A DNA stretch of 62,693 nucleotides, the filler included, from Folioceros fuciformis (taxonomy: Eukaryota): assembly GCA_049999805.1 (NCBI GenBank). It is 4 parts of 3 records of this genome, joined end to end, with 100 filler letters (N's around TTAATTAATTAA, not from the genome) between each part and the next. Parts side by side here need not be neighbours in the genome. Positions count along the whole stretch, not along the records: positions 18,915 to 36,727 come from JBNGIO010006289.1; positions 36,828 to 49,988 come from JBNGIO010006293.1; 2 more parts are not named here. The stretch is one strand, 5' to 3'. The position numbers and the translations under genes were made by a program. The notes beneath the pieces are model-generated. The model was not told the origin of the DNA, searched no databases, and saw nothing but the letters and a program-made list of their open reading frames with translations. Positions 27,006 through 39,934 of the stretch are shown here, in pieces; the first letter of the stretch is position 1; every line of letters begins with the position of its first letter.

Positions 27006-28427
27006 AAAAGAGGTCACTACAAAGGAAAGAGGGAGTTTCATTATCAAAAGAAAAGTTTGGTTCTGTAGTGCACAAACAGCCAAAGACACAAACCGGAATT
27101 GCCCGAGGTCAAGGTGAATGTTAGGAACAATATCAATCTTCTTTTGGTTTCTGCATTTCTTACACAGATGACTTTTATCTTTTTGCATCTTCTTACACTG
27201 ATGAGTCTTGTCTTTTCTGCATTTCTTACACCGATGAGTCTTTGACATCCTACATGGAACAAGTAAGGATCAGGCCAGGGTGGAGAAGGAGAAAGAAGAC
27301 ACGTGATCTCTTCCTGCACAGTATGGAAGAGCAGTTGGAGAACCATACAAATGTTTCTTCATCTGCTAGATGTGCACACAAAACTCACCTTTGTAGGCTT
27401 CCGCAACTCTTGCTGGTAGCTGCAGGTTACAGATCGGTCGTGCTGCCACAGCTTCAGCTACGGAACGTGATTATAGGCCAACAATTTAAGCAGTGTAGTT
27501 CCTCTCTAGCCAACCATCCTTGACTTGTAAGCACTTGCATTGCCGGTTAGCCGGGGTGTGAACGTGCCCTAGAAAGCTGGATTGGTGAAGACCTGGAAGA
27601 CGCCGGTAGGACTCAGTGTGACGCGGACCACATCTGAGAACCATCCTCGCTGACATTGGGACGGAAGCTCGAGCTTGAAATGGACGATGGATGAGGCTGC
27701 TGAGGATTTTCCAAGATCGCCGAGGTAGGCCTGCTAGACAAATACGTCAGGTCAAGTCACTCTCCCTTGACGACAACGCAGTACCTAATGTGAGAGGCAT
27801 TGGTGCACTGTGTTGGCCTTCGGATCGCAGGTCTATCTCGTTCTTCTGGATGATCAAGACCGGACAGGGTAACTGCTCGAAGGTTTTTTTAAGGTCGCAT
27901 GTGTTTCTGAAGTTTGCCAGCATTGTGATGTGCAGTTAGCTCCTTTCTAGTCTGGCAGAACTTCATTGTGAACAGCGCAACGTCGAGGTCGACATCTTGG
28001 TCATGGGAAGTCAAGGCAAGTCGATCAAACTGTAGGAGGAGATCATGTGAGATGGCAATGCCAAGACAAAAAAAGTATTGGCTCCTTTACGAATTTACAA
28101 TGCAGCGTGCCTGGAAATATTTCGAGCAGGAGATAGTGTACATGTTCTAGTTCACAGTGCCACATGTGACGGAAAGTGCTGGCCAAATGCTACATACTGG
28201 TCAACACAAAAACACCAGCTATTGCGGATATTGTGGTCACCTAGCATCCGACCGATAATTAGATGAAGGAGTACGTGAGCATGTGGTGAAAAATATGAAC
28301 TGCAGAGCCTGACCTGAGGATGTTGGAGCAGGAATCGTCATTCCAACGTGAGATTTCCTGGACCGACAACGCCGTGATTGCTATGCAGAGAGCATAGACC
28401 GTGTCTCGTCGGCTGAGGAGCTAGGAC

Positions 28428-29834
28428 TCACCTAGATATGACTTTTGGCTTCATGCGTTGGTGTGCCACCACTCCACTCCTCGTTTTAGTGATTGCTGTA
28501 GTGGAACCATGCACGAATAACATCACCTTCGCTAGGCTATTTCTGCTCTGTGTCTTCGGTGCATGGTCAGATCTTCTCCAAGGGTAGTTATTCGGAGGCG
28601 TAGTGTCGCAGTTGAGCAGGCTAGCTTCAGGGCTGATGTAGGTAACTTCCGGTGCAAAGTGGATCTTGCGCACGGTGCGAGGGGCGGTAGCAGGTGCGTG
28701 GCCATCATTTTCAGGCTCTGCTGCTGATGGTGCTGATGCTGCTGGCTCATCAGAGACCTTGATGGATCTGAGGAACTTCCTGGGGGACTTGATGGAGACG
28801 TCTTTCAAGGTGCATTGAACTGTTTGTCTGGGACACAATCTCCACCTCACCAGTTTGCTGAGACCTTCCCACACAGGCAAGGAGAAGCCTCTGTTGATGA
28901 TCTTGAGCCCATCCACCACTTGAGCCATGGTAGGCCTCTTGGCACTGTTCTTCCTGACACACCTGGCTGCAAGGGCTGACAGCTGCCTGATGGACTTGAT
29001 GTAGGCAAAAGACTTAATACAGGGATCACAGACTTCAAACGACCTCCCTCTCTTGATGATGGGCACGGCCCAGTCCACGATCCTGGGAGGCTGGTACAGC
29101 ACATCGATAGGCTGCCTGCCGCTGATCATCTCCAGCAGCAGAACCCCGAAGCTGAACACGTCGATCTTGGCACTGAGCTGACTAGGGGACTCGTAGCCAG
29201 GGTCAAGATAGCCCATGGTCCCCGCAGGCGGCGTCGGCTTGCTCATCACCTCCTCAATATCCCCTCGAAGCGCCAGCCCGAAGTCGCCCAGCTTGGCATT
29301 GAAAGAGCAGTCGATGAGCACATTCTGCGACTTGATATCCCTGTGGATGACAGGAGGCGAGGCCGAATGCAGGGCCAGCACAGCCTTGGCAATCTGCAGA
29401 GCCAGATGCAGCCGCATTGGCCAGCTCAGCGGCCGCGGATTCCCGTGCAGGAGGTCGTAGAGGGTGCCATTGGCCATGAACTCCACCACCAGCAGCTTCT
29501 CCACAGAATTGTCGCTGTAGCCGATGAGGTTGACGAGGCGATTGCACCGCACCTGCGACAGAATCTCCAACTCATTGTCAAAAGCCCCCTCCTCCTGATT
29601 ACGCCGTCGCCCGAAGGTGAGCCTCTTCACAGCCACTTGCTTCCCGTTCTTGAGAGTCGCCTTGTACACGCAGCCGTGGCTCCCCTTCCCCAGCAGATGA
29701 TCAGCTGCGAAGCCCCCGGTGGCAATCTCCAAGTCGTGGAAATCGAATACCTTCAATTTCCACGGTTCCTTCCTCCCACCCCCGATCTTCCGGCATCTCA
29801 CATCATAGGAGGTGGACGTACAGAGAATCCCCAT
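28428..29834 (-). CDS. Intronless receptor-like cytoplasmic Ser/Thr kinase (CRINKLY4-related-like group), 468 aa
   Basis: MGILC N-terminus (possible acylation), LGKGSHGCVYK, VAVK, HRDIKSQN, DFG, GTMGYLDP and DVFSFG. No ectodomain. Confidence 0.95.
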   Translation of the reverse strand: MGILCTSTSYDVRCRKIGGGRKEPWKLKVFDFHDLEIATGGFAADHLLGKGSHGCVYKATLKNGKQVAVKRLTFGRRRNQEEGAFDNELEILSQVRCNRLVNLIGYSDNSVEKLLVVEFMANGTLYDLLHGNPRPLSWPMRLHLALQIAKAVLALHSASPPVIHRDIKSQNVLIDCSFNAKLGDFGLALRGDIEEVMSKPTPPAGTMGYLDPGYESPSQLSAKIDVFSFGVLLLEMISGRQPIDVLYQPPRIVDWAVPIIKRGRSFEVCDPCIKSFAYIKSIRQLSALAARCVRKNSAKRPTMAQVVDGLKIINRGFSLPVWEGLSKLVRWRLCPRQTVQCTLKDVSIKSPRKFLRSIKVSDEPAASAPSAAEPENDGHAPATAPRTVRKIHFAPEVTYISPEASLLNCDTTPPNNYPWRRSDHAPKTQSRNSLAKVMLFVHGSTTAITKTRSGVVAHQRMKPKVISR

Positions 29835-31304
29835 TCACGCCCAAAGCCGTCTGCAATCACCCGCAAGAAGCTCCCTCATGGCAGTCAAGANNNNNNNNNN
29901 NNNNNNNNNNNNNNNNNNNNNNNNNNNNNNNNNNNNNNNNNNNNNNNNNNNNNNNNNNNNNNNNNNNNNNNNNNNNNNNNNNNNNNNNNNCCCCTCTCCT
30001 CTTCCCTCCAGGCTCCTTCCCTCCCTTGCTTCCCTTGGGGACGCGCGAACTGCCCACGAAGACTCCGAACCGCCCACCAAAAGGCTCCAATCGCCCACAG
30101 AGGTGGCGCAATCAGGCCGCCCAGCCTGGCCAGCGGGCGGAAGGACGAGGCGCGGGAGCAAGCGGACAAAGCAGTGCGGATTTAGAGTCGGAGACTGGGC
30201 GGAGCCGGGGGAGCAGGGCGGGGCCCAGCTGGAGGCGGGAAGGGGGTGGCTCTCGCAACAAAACAATCCGGGCCGGTGGCAAAAGCGAGGCGGCGCGTGG
30301 AGGGGCACGGCGCTCGATTCCCCAGACCCCCCCCCCCGCGGCGGAAGGAGAAGGGAGTTTCCATGGACATACGATTACAGTGACTGACGCGAGCCTGTCC
30401 TGGCCCGCGGCAGCGCCAGCGGGCAGGCAGGGGGCAGTGTTGAGTGCTTTCCTACAATGATTCGGTCGCTGGTGAGACGCGACTCTCATTTGCACGGTCC
30501 GCCTGCCCTACCGCTGTCCCGCAGACTGTACTAGACGGGGACTGGACTGAACGACGATACCACCGTGACAAGAGCAGAGTGCGCGCAAGAGGCGTGAATC
30601 GTGAACTCGGAGTCAGGACGTCCTGCAGGCCTGCAGGCCTGTAGCATGGGCTGGCGGGCCTGGCCTGGCCCGGCCGCGGCTGCGGCCGTCTTCGATGGCA
30701 GCAGTGCTGATGAGAGAAGGCAGACGCCACAAGGCAGCCTGCCTGCCGGCCATTGTACTGTAGCGGGGAGCGGGCATCAGATTTGTCAGGGATTCCCGCG
30801 CCGTACTGAGGCGCGGGCCTCCGCGGGAACGTCAAGTTCGAGGCTGTCTTCCCGGACCGAGCGCCCATGTTCTCAAACATGGCAGAGCCAACGACGTCGG
30901 GATCCTCTTGGACTCGGTGAGAAGCGCCATGTGCGTCCGCTCTGCCCTGCCCTACCCTACCCCCTGCCTTGCTACTTATCTATCACGTTTCGCTCGCCTC
31001 AATTTTCGTCTCGTTTTATTGCCTGGCCGCTGCATTTTCAAGTTGGGAGACGCGCAACGGCATTTCAAATAGTTACTCTGGGTACATACATTCTAGTCGC
31101 CTAAATACAAATGACCTGCCATGGATCGTGCACGCCGTTCCCCGTTCCATTCCATTCCAATGGACCCCTTCACACATCCACGTATTTCTTCTTTGTTTAT
31201 ATATTCTTCTCGTTCTTTCTTTATTGTAACCAGCGTTGACAAAAGTCTTGAGGGGACTAGGTCATCGCGTGCAAGCTACATGGAAGCTTGTAAGTTGGCT
31301 TTTC

Positions 31305-31429
31305 CTTTCTTTCTTCTCATAGAGGAAGGAGTCAAATCTTGCATTAAGGCGTATATCAAATCATCTTTTCTTTCTTTCTTCTCATAGAGGAAGGAGTCAA
31401 ATCTTGCATTAAGGCGTATATCAAATCAT
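31305..31429. repeat. 65-bp tandem duplication
   Basis: AGAGGAAGGAGTCAAATCTTGCATTAAGGCGTATATCAAATCAT at 31321 and 31386. Confidence 0.9.
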
Positions 31430-31607
31430 TATATGCGAAGTATATGTCCATCCCTTGGAATCTTACTAAGAGTAATGGCATAAGTGAAATAAGGTGAAAG
31501 TTAAAAGTAGAAAGGTGAAAGCTAAATCTAGAGCTGTCTTGATGAAGAAGCAAGTATGCTTCTTACTGCCTTTGGAAACAAATTGTGTGTTCCAGGCAAA
31601 ACCTCCT

Positions 31608-32158
31608 AAGAAGGATGGAGTTGTAATGACCACTAGTATTCTAGGATGAGTGGTGTGTATCATTCCCAGTTTTAGCAGTGGCTTAGCTGTGGAGTATAAA
31701 TAGGCCAGTGTTAAGGTCTTAAGGATACGGTGATACACTGATACACAAAGAGGCAGATAGTGAGAAGTCTAGCCTGGAGGCATAGCTGTGGAGGGCTTGA
31801 AGAGCAAGCTTGTTAGATAGAGTCGAGGGCAGTAGCCAGTGGGGCGTAGATCGCCAGACTCTTTTGTAAGTAACTGGAATAAAGAGCAGCACCTAGAGGA
31901 GGTGGTCTGCGAGTCGTCAGTGGACGGCGGGCTACTTGGAGCCTAGTGCTGAGTCGTGTGAGAGGGAGTGAGTGAATTGCAAGTGGAGCGCTGCGGAGTG
32001 TTTAGACGAGATTCGAAGCCGTTGCTTCCTTTTACGCTGCGTAAGGAAGGGGGCGTTACTCTAAGGGCCCATACCTCATAATATACGGTTCTGGGAGTAT
32101 TTTCCTTGCAAGCATAGGGCGGGTGGGACACATTGGGTTGGCCGCCTGCAGGGCTACA
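31608..32158 (+). mobile_element. PPT and 3' LTR of an LTR retrotransposon remnant
   Basis: Purine tract AAGAAGGATGGAG, then TGTAATGACC at 31622 through GGGCTACA at 32158. Internal TATAAATA (~31695) and AATAAA (~31878). Confidence 0.55.
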
Positions 32159-32219
32159 GATAATGGCCAAGGATGGAAAGTAGTGAACTTAGCTAAACCC
32201 CTCAAACACCCGAAACGTT

Positions 32220-34316
32220 TCAATGCTTCACTTTGCCATGAGCAAGCTCCTCCTCGACTATGGCTTTAACTTCTTCGTAAACTTCATCCACATTTCTTTC
32301 CGCTGAGACCTGCAACTCATGGCACTGATCAGGATACAACCCAATATACGCTCAGCCCAGCCCAAAGAACCGAGGAGAAGGTGTAACCACGGTTGCGTTG
32401 TATCGCACCTCTTTAACAATCTGCGGAGCCTTCCTCCTGTAGTAGTCCACGACTGGTTTTGACTCCGCTAGGAATGTCTCCAGTCGACTCGTGATGGTGT
32501 CCAGATTGTCATCTGCGCGCCCAGATCCCTTCCCACGTTCGAGTAACCGCTCTTGCATCACTTCAGTGGAGCACACAAAGTAGATGACCAGGTGGGGTCT
32601 CCCCAGCTGCATAGACAGAGAGCTTGAGATAACTCATAACCGAGAGTCTCCCCGCCACTTGAACTCAACTCTCTGCCTGTTCAACTAACTCTGGTGACCA
32701 AGCAGTTTTCAATGCAGTTCCACTAAAAACCTTGGCATCAAACTGTTTGGCCTGGTCAACAGCTCTTGGGAAGCCATCAACAAGGAAAAACTTGTTCTCT
32801 GCCCCGACCATTGCCCATTTCAGCATCTCCATGGTAATCTCAATAGGCACCAGCTGGCCTCCTTCCATGATTTTGGATACGGTTTTGCCTATCACGGACC
32901 CTGATTTCACCTCCTTCCTAAGCATATCGCCTGTTGATAGATGCTCAAACCCGAAGTCCTCCACCTAGGATATGATTTGTTTTTTTATCATCCTTTCAGT
33001 CATATCAGGCAAGTGTTGGGTAACTGTGGCCGGACAATTTCGGGGAAGAATTATCATACCAATCGTTCACAGTTCGTACCTTTCCCACACCCGGGTCCAC
33101 CTGAAAACAATCATACAGCAGAAAGTAGATGCTGGCAGAAAATAAGATTCTATAAGATCTGTAGATATGGTAATGTCTGTATTGACGGCCTTCTCACAGT
33201 ATGGGGTATGGGAAATGAGCAAACATCTTTATTGCTGTGTGCATTCCGGTGAAGATCTGATGCTCTAAAACTGATCCAAGCAAAACGGTGGCAGGCATAC
33301 CAAGGATGAAGACCGTCATAGAAAGATCAGATTTCGGTACAGTCTTGGCAAATGTGGGTCTCAATGCAGACAGCACGCTGTTAATGCTTTTATAAACTTT
33401 GTCGGGCGGTGGAACCGATGAAACCTGGCGGGAAGCTGCACTTTAATATCGGTAAGTTCAACTGTGACGTCTGTGTGCTACGGGGTGCAGCCAGGGTACA
33501 AAGTCCGCGTACATGGGAAAGCGCTTACCGCCGTCACCAGATCAGGTTCTAAACTCTGATAATAAGCTACCACAGGAAGAGACTCTGCTTGAAAAGTGTT
33601 GAATCTCTTCGTGATGGTCTCAGCGTTGTCATCACTCCGCCCGCTGGTCTCTCCTCTCTTCATCAGCCTCTGTTGCATTGTGTCTAGGGGACAATCCAAG
33701 AAGATGACCAATCTAGGTCTTCCCACCTGCATGTCCATCGACACCGAGCAGTGAGGAAGATAAGCAAGAGGCAAGGCAGTCCTCAGGGATTACAAACCAA
33801 GGGAAAATATACCTTCTCCTCAAAAGCTTTAGCTTGATCGACAGCTCGAGGATATCCATCAATGAGAAACCGACGATTGCGAGAACCAGCCATGGCTTTT
33901 TGCAGCATATTCAACGTAATCTCAGCTGGCACGAGCTTGCCCTCCTTCATTAGTGCCTCACATTTCCGTCCAAGTTCGGAGCCCTTTTTCACCTCCGCCC
34001 TTAGCAGATCTCCCGCAGAAAGATGTTTGAACCCAAAATCAGCCACAATTCGCTCACACTGCGTGCCCTTACCACAGCCAGGCCCCCCTGGGAAGGTGCA
34101 ACATATGAAATACGACCACAAATCAGGAAATGATAAGAAACTCAGGGGATTCAAAAGGTGTCAAGACTTACCAAGAACAAAAAGAACAGTCTGCGCGTCG
34201 CGCTCCACTTGTCTTTTCTTTACAGCCTCCAAGGCCTTTTCCTTGTTAGCATTCGCGCTGACCAAGCCCTAGACATCTTCAGACTCAGACGAACAGCCAA
34301 AACTATCTGTAACCAT
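32220..34316 (-). CDS. Two-domain adenylate/UMP-CMP kinase (short-LID type), downstream unit (domains C and D); start uncertain
   Basis: Two full NMP-kinase domains: [28 protein letters not shown] and [32 protein letters not shown] introns; ends GKVKH* at 32220. Confidence 0.9.
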
Positions 34317-34703
34317 CTGAAATGTCCACAAAATGAAGCACACCACATGTGCAAGGTGGATCGACAAGTGCAGATGCCCGCTAGTGATACTCTGACAGAA
34401 AAGGCAGAAATGCACAATATGAAGTTCACTGGGAGTTACTGGTGAGGAAAAGAAGCATGAATTAGTGCTGAGAAAAGATCAGTAAACATTTGAGGCATTC
34501 CTACGCTCACTGGCCGCAAATCTATCTAGGTTCCCAATACGTCACCTCCAAAGTTACCCTACTACGTACACTTCCGATCACTCTCTTGCATCACAACTCT
34601 GGATATGACACTGCCTCCACCAGTGGTCATCCCATTCATTCACACTTGAAAAACTATCTAATTTTATCAGGAAACAACATTCAGCAACTGGTTTCTTCAA
34701 TAG

Positions 34704-36652
34704 TTACATTTTGTCCGCTTTGGTTGTCTTCTTGGTTTTCTTTTCGACAAGGGTCTTCACTTCTTGGTAGATATCGCCCTGTGACCTCTCCGCAGCAACC
34801 TGCAACCCATCCAATGACACTCCACGTTCAACCTCTTTTCAGCGAGAAATGGGCGAGGAAACGAAGAACAACTGCATAGCTAACCTCGAAGAAAGCATCA
34901 GGTACGGTCGTCTTGTAATACTCAATCAAGACCTTGGAATCCGTGATGAACCCGTCAATCCGCTTCTTTATAGTCTTTGGATTGTCATCAGACCGACCGG
35001 ATGTCTCGGCTCGTTTAAGAAGCCTCTCTTCCATCACCTCCGGCGAACAGGTCAAGAGTATCACGGTCGTTGGCTTACCCACCTGAGAGGCCGGTGTTGA
35101 TAAGACAACGGTACCATGACAAAGAGGACAGTCGCTGGAAATCGGGAAATGGCATGTGCCTCAAACCTTGGAGTCGAACTCCTTTGCCTGGTCCACTGTC
35201 TTGATGCCATCGATTAAAAAGCTCTTCCTTTGCGCAGAAACTATGGCTCTCTGGAGCAACTGGGAGATGATGGACAGGGGAACAAGCTTCCCATCTTTCA
35301 TCAACTTCTCGCATTTCTTCCCAATGTCACTGCCCTTTTTCACTTCCTCCCGCAACAAGTCCCCTGTTGACAAATGATGAAACCCGAAGTCCTCAACCTG
35401 GAAGACACGCTCGTCGAAATGGTGGTCACAAAACAGGCAAGCATGACACCCGGCCCCTGCCGTCCCCCCTCAACACCAAGTGTGCTAGCCCCACAGCAAG
35501 AAGGTGTTTGACGTACCAAAAGTCCGCACTGCGTCCCCTTCCCACAGCCTGGCCCGCCTGCGAGGCACAATCAATCAAGGCAAATTTCCATCCATGAGAC
35601 TGGGAAAAGCGCACGCGGTGGCACAGAGTTGCAAGAGAAGTTTTTTCTCACCAAGTAGCAAGACGAACGTGGTCTGCGAGGTCATGGGAAAAAACACGTT
35701 GTTCACAGCCTGTGACAGCTCGTTGTAAATCTTATCTTCCGATTTTAGCAAGCCATCGACGGACACCTGCAAAATCAAGCAGACAATCAAACTTCGTCGG
35801 CAGCCTAGGGGCTTGGCATTCTCTCAGGGACGGGGGCGATCTTGTGTACACCTCACTCACTCACTCACCTTCTTAAGAGGCGTTGAAGTGTCTTGGGCGT
35901 AGAAATCTAGAACAGGCAGCGTTTCCAGGCGGAAGGATTCGAGCCGGTTGGCGATGATCTCCGGAGTGTCGTCAGTGCGTCCGCTGGTTTTTGCACGCTT
36001 CAGCAGCCGCTTCTCCAGCTCCTTGGCCGAGCATTCCAGAAATATTGCAAGCTTGGGCTTCCCGAGCTGCAAGAAGCTCAGGTGTCATTCATTCTTTGCA
36101 TTCCTTCTGTCATCCGTGCATCTGTAAATGCGGGAGATGGGAGAAAGCGGAAGCAGAAGCAACCAACCTCTTGAATGGCCTTGGCCTGGTCGACAGTGCG
36201 GGGAAATCCTTGGATCAAAAAATTTCTGCTCGGAGCAGCAAATATGGCCGCTTCCAGCAAGGTCATGACAACGGAGAATGGCACCAGTTGGCCATCTTTG
36301 ATAGATTTGTCGCATTCTAGCCCCCCGGAATTGTTCTTGCGCGCTTCAGCACGCAGCAACTCCCCGAGTGAAATGTTCGTGAGGCCAAACTCTGCCGCTA
36401 GTTTGGCAGAGTAGGTCTCTTTGCCACAACCAGGACCACCTGGAAAGCAATTTGCAGCGTGTGAGCGTCACAGGAGGCGCGGCGTACGACGAGCGTGCCA
36501 AATTCCAATCTCGTGGAATGGGAAAAAGGCAGGGGAGAAGAAAGAAGAAAGAAGCGTGAGCTCGGCTGACAGGACAAGGACCAGGGACCAAGTTGGCAGC
36601 GGGGAGCAGCAATTTCTTACCGAATAAGAGGATCATGTTCCTGCTTTTGCTC
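34704..36652 (-). CDS. Two-domain adenylate/UMP-CMP kinase-like, upstream unit (domains A and B); 5' end may lie in the gap
   Basis: GGPGCGKET..SLGELLR..QGFPR..GRTDD and [28 protein letters not shown]. Last exon ends KADKM* at 34704. Confidence 0.85.
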
Positions 36653-38776
36653 CTGCACTCATCCAAAGACGAAGAAAAGCAAAGCACGGCTGATGGGAGT
36701 CAGTGGCGGTGCAACAAGGAAGGGAACNNNNNNNNNNNNNNNNNNNNNNNNNNNNNNNNNNNNNNNNNNNNTTAATTAATTAANNNNNNNNNNNNNNNNN
36801 NNNNNNNNNNNNNNNNNNNNNNNNNNNCAGAAGCAGTTCGACACACCAACAAACAGGCAGTACAGTATGTAGCTAGAGAGACACTGTATACCTGACATTT
36901 GAAATCAAAGACAACAAGAAAAAATGGCCCTCTGCAATAGCATGAGTGATTCCACCTCACCTCCCTCGCTAGCCCCTCCCTAGCACGAGGAAGCCAACCC
37001 GTCTAGACTACACTACACTTAGCTTCCCCGGAATGCTGACTTTATCCCCTCTATTGCAATCAAAACTTGCTCTCAACTATTCTAGAGCAAGAATTTGACT
37101 GACCGTGGTTCTTTCCCGCCGTAAACCACTTCCGTTCAGCTCAACCACAAGCTCGTGAGACAAAAGGTCTGCAACAAGTCCCAGCATTGGAACAAAAGGT
37201 ACTCAACAAGTCCCCAGCATTGGAAGTTAAATAGTGACTTGCCAAATGATTCCCTAAGACTTTGAGAAGAGAGTTGACTGTTTTGTAACAACAACAATTG
37301 CCGCTGCTGGAAAGAGGCATTGCAACCTCCCTCCAAACCACTCACACATAGTCGCTCAGAAAGAATAGGTGTTGACTTTTGTATGAGCACCCATAAAACA
37401 CATTTTGCAGTAAGCTTGAAAGAAACACCCGATCACAACAGCCTAACCTTTAGTAATGTGTGTTAACCACAACTAAGCCTAATGTTTAGAAATTCCATCT
37501 CTTCACATCAAACTAAAATGTAACAACTGAAAATTTGTAAATGTCGACCATGGCTTCCATGAACTGAACACATCACATCATCATAAACATCACAATCATT
37601 CGCCACACCAGGTGCTTAGGCCAGGAGGTGCTAAGTGCTTGCTCCCTTTGTAAAAAGTTCCGACTTAGCCGACTTAGGTAAAAGTTATAAAAAAACCAAA
37701 AACTTAAAAGATGTAAAAAGTGCAAACCCATTAAATGGGTAACGGCCCTGTAGGGACAACCCATTTACCCATTTACCCTGCAAGTGCTGGAGGTCCCAAT
37801 TGATGTGTGAGTGCTGCCGGATGCGGGAGTACCTCACTCAGGCCGGGAAATTGGGGAAAGATGTTGCCCCCATGTCTTGTCTCAATTTCTCGAAGTGCAT
37901 TCTGCCAATCCCAAGCCAACACCTGCTCCAACTGCAGCATGTCGCCACCACAGTTGTGTGCAGATGAGAGATCGTCGAGGGAGATTCCAGAAGGCTCTTG
38001 TGGAGAAAAAATCGCCAGAGATTGTTCTCTTATCTGATTCAACTGCCTTGGAAGAGTCTTCATGGAAGGGCTTCCCTGCTTCTGCTGATGGAGACGAGGC
38101 TGAAATCTCAAGTAAGACACCCGTGTGGGGTTGTGTGTAGCAAGGTGGATATCCCCTTGTCGTGAAGGGGAGGCACCTAGTTGTAAGCCCGTTTGTGGGC
38201 ATGTTGAAGTGACCATTTTCTAGTTCAAAAAATAAATTGTAATGAATTTTCTGATACTATTTTTGCAGATTTATGTTTGGAAATTTTTGGGAAAAAGGAA
38301 AATGAAGAAAATAAGAAAAATGAAAAAGGTAGACATGCCTTTTGTGATTCTAAAAAGGTGTTCTAACTTATTTTTCTCTTGCTAAAGACTTGCCCATTTT
38401 TAGATTTCTTTTCTGGCCCCGAAGGAAGACATAAGGATAGGAAACATAGGGTTCTCAAAGCCCGGCATATATCCCAAGGGTGATGATGTGAAGGTCATCT
38501 ATATAATCACTAATATGAAAAGGGAGAGCGGGCCAGACGTACCACCATGCTCCTATATTTGCTAAGAAAATATAGAAAAGTTTTAATTAGCAAAAATATT
38601 ATTTAATATTTTATTATTATTTTCCAGAGAGCTCCTCAACTATGTATGAAGGAGAGGACGCAGGCTACGAGGCCTATGTTGAGATTGAGGATGATTGTTC
38701 AGAAGACTTTGAAGAGAATATTAGACTAATTTTAAAGGTTATCTCAAGTAGACCAATTTAGCTGCTAGGATGAACT

Positions 38777-39560
38777 CTAGGCTGGAGGCTTAGATAGTGT
38801 GTCCAATATACCTAAACATTTCATGTGTTTCTTGTGCAGTTCAATGCCTAATGACTTTGTTAATAAATCAATAACTACGTTATCTAAAGTTTGAACATAA
38901 CTAATATCCATAGTTTTATCCTCCATTTTCTCTTTGAGGTAATGATATTCGACAACAATATGTTTAGTTATAGAGTGGAAGATAAGGTTCCTTGACAAGG
39001 CTATAGCTCCCTGACTATCACTCAACAACAAGGTGGGCTTTTGGGCTTTTCCTTGTGATGAAGTTTACTCAAGGTTAGCTTAGTCCATACTATGTCTTTA
39101 GCAACTGAGGTTAGTACTCTATACTCTGACTCAATGCTGGACAAGGCTATAGTTAGTTGTTTCTTACTTGACCACGATATTGGTGCTCCCCCCAATAGCA
39201 ATATGTAACTTGATACGGATCTGCGTGTGTCGGGGTCACCAGCATAGTCGGTGTCAACGTAAGCTGTTAATGTCAATGTCTTTATGCCTGGTGTATACTT
39301 GAATGTCAATCCTGTGTGCATGGTACCCTTGAGGTAGCCCTTGAGGTATCTGAATATGCACTTAGTTGACATCCAATGTTTACATCCTGGGTTCTCTAGG
39401 AATTGTGAACAAGAGCTTACTTCAAAAGATATATATGGTCGAGTGAAGTTGGATAAATATATAAGTGTGCCAACAGCATGTCAATGTGGGACTGTTGACA
39501 TTTCCAACTTGTCTTTTGCTGTCTTTGGACTCCTGAGGTTTACTTCTATGTTCACTTCTT
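38777..39560 (-). mobile_element. Copia RT end / RNase H remnant
   Basis: YVDTDYAGDPDTRRS, ISWSSKKQ, ESEY, DSQGAI, TKHI and DLLTK, with frameshifts. Confidence 0.92.
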
Positions 39561-39934
39561 GCTCCATGTGATGACTTTGTCTATTTCCCATATAGACAGT
39601 GCTCACACATGGAGAAATCAGAGAAGTTGAAGGTAGGGACATAACGAAAACGAGATAAAATCTTCATTCCGGTTTGAGACATATGTCATAACCGGCAATG
39701 CCAAAGGGAACCTTTTGGCTGCTCAGTTACACAAATCACATAATCTTTGACAATGGTTACCTAAAGGGAGTACAAAGTGTCATACTTCAATCCACGAGCT
39801 CACACAAGAGACCCTTTGGAGATCTTCCAGGTATGATCCCCAAACCAAGAGTGGTAGCCAGCATCATCCAACTGTCGTGCCCTAATTATGCTTTTTGTTA
39901 ATTTCAGGATTTATGCTCCATTACAACAGCGTGG

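Noticed and set aside
37773-38216. 147-aa minus-strand ORF
   Set aside because: No recognisable domain or splice structure; probably transposon-derived, but I cannot support a call.
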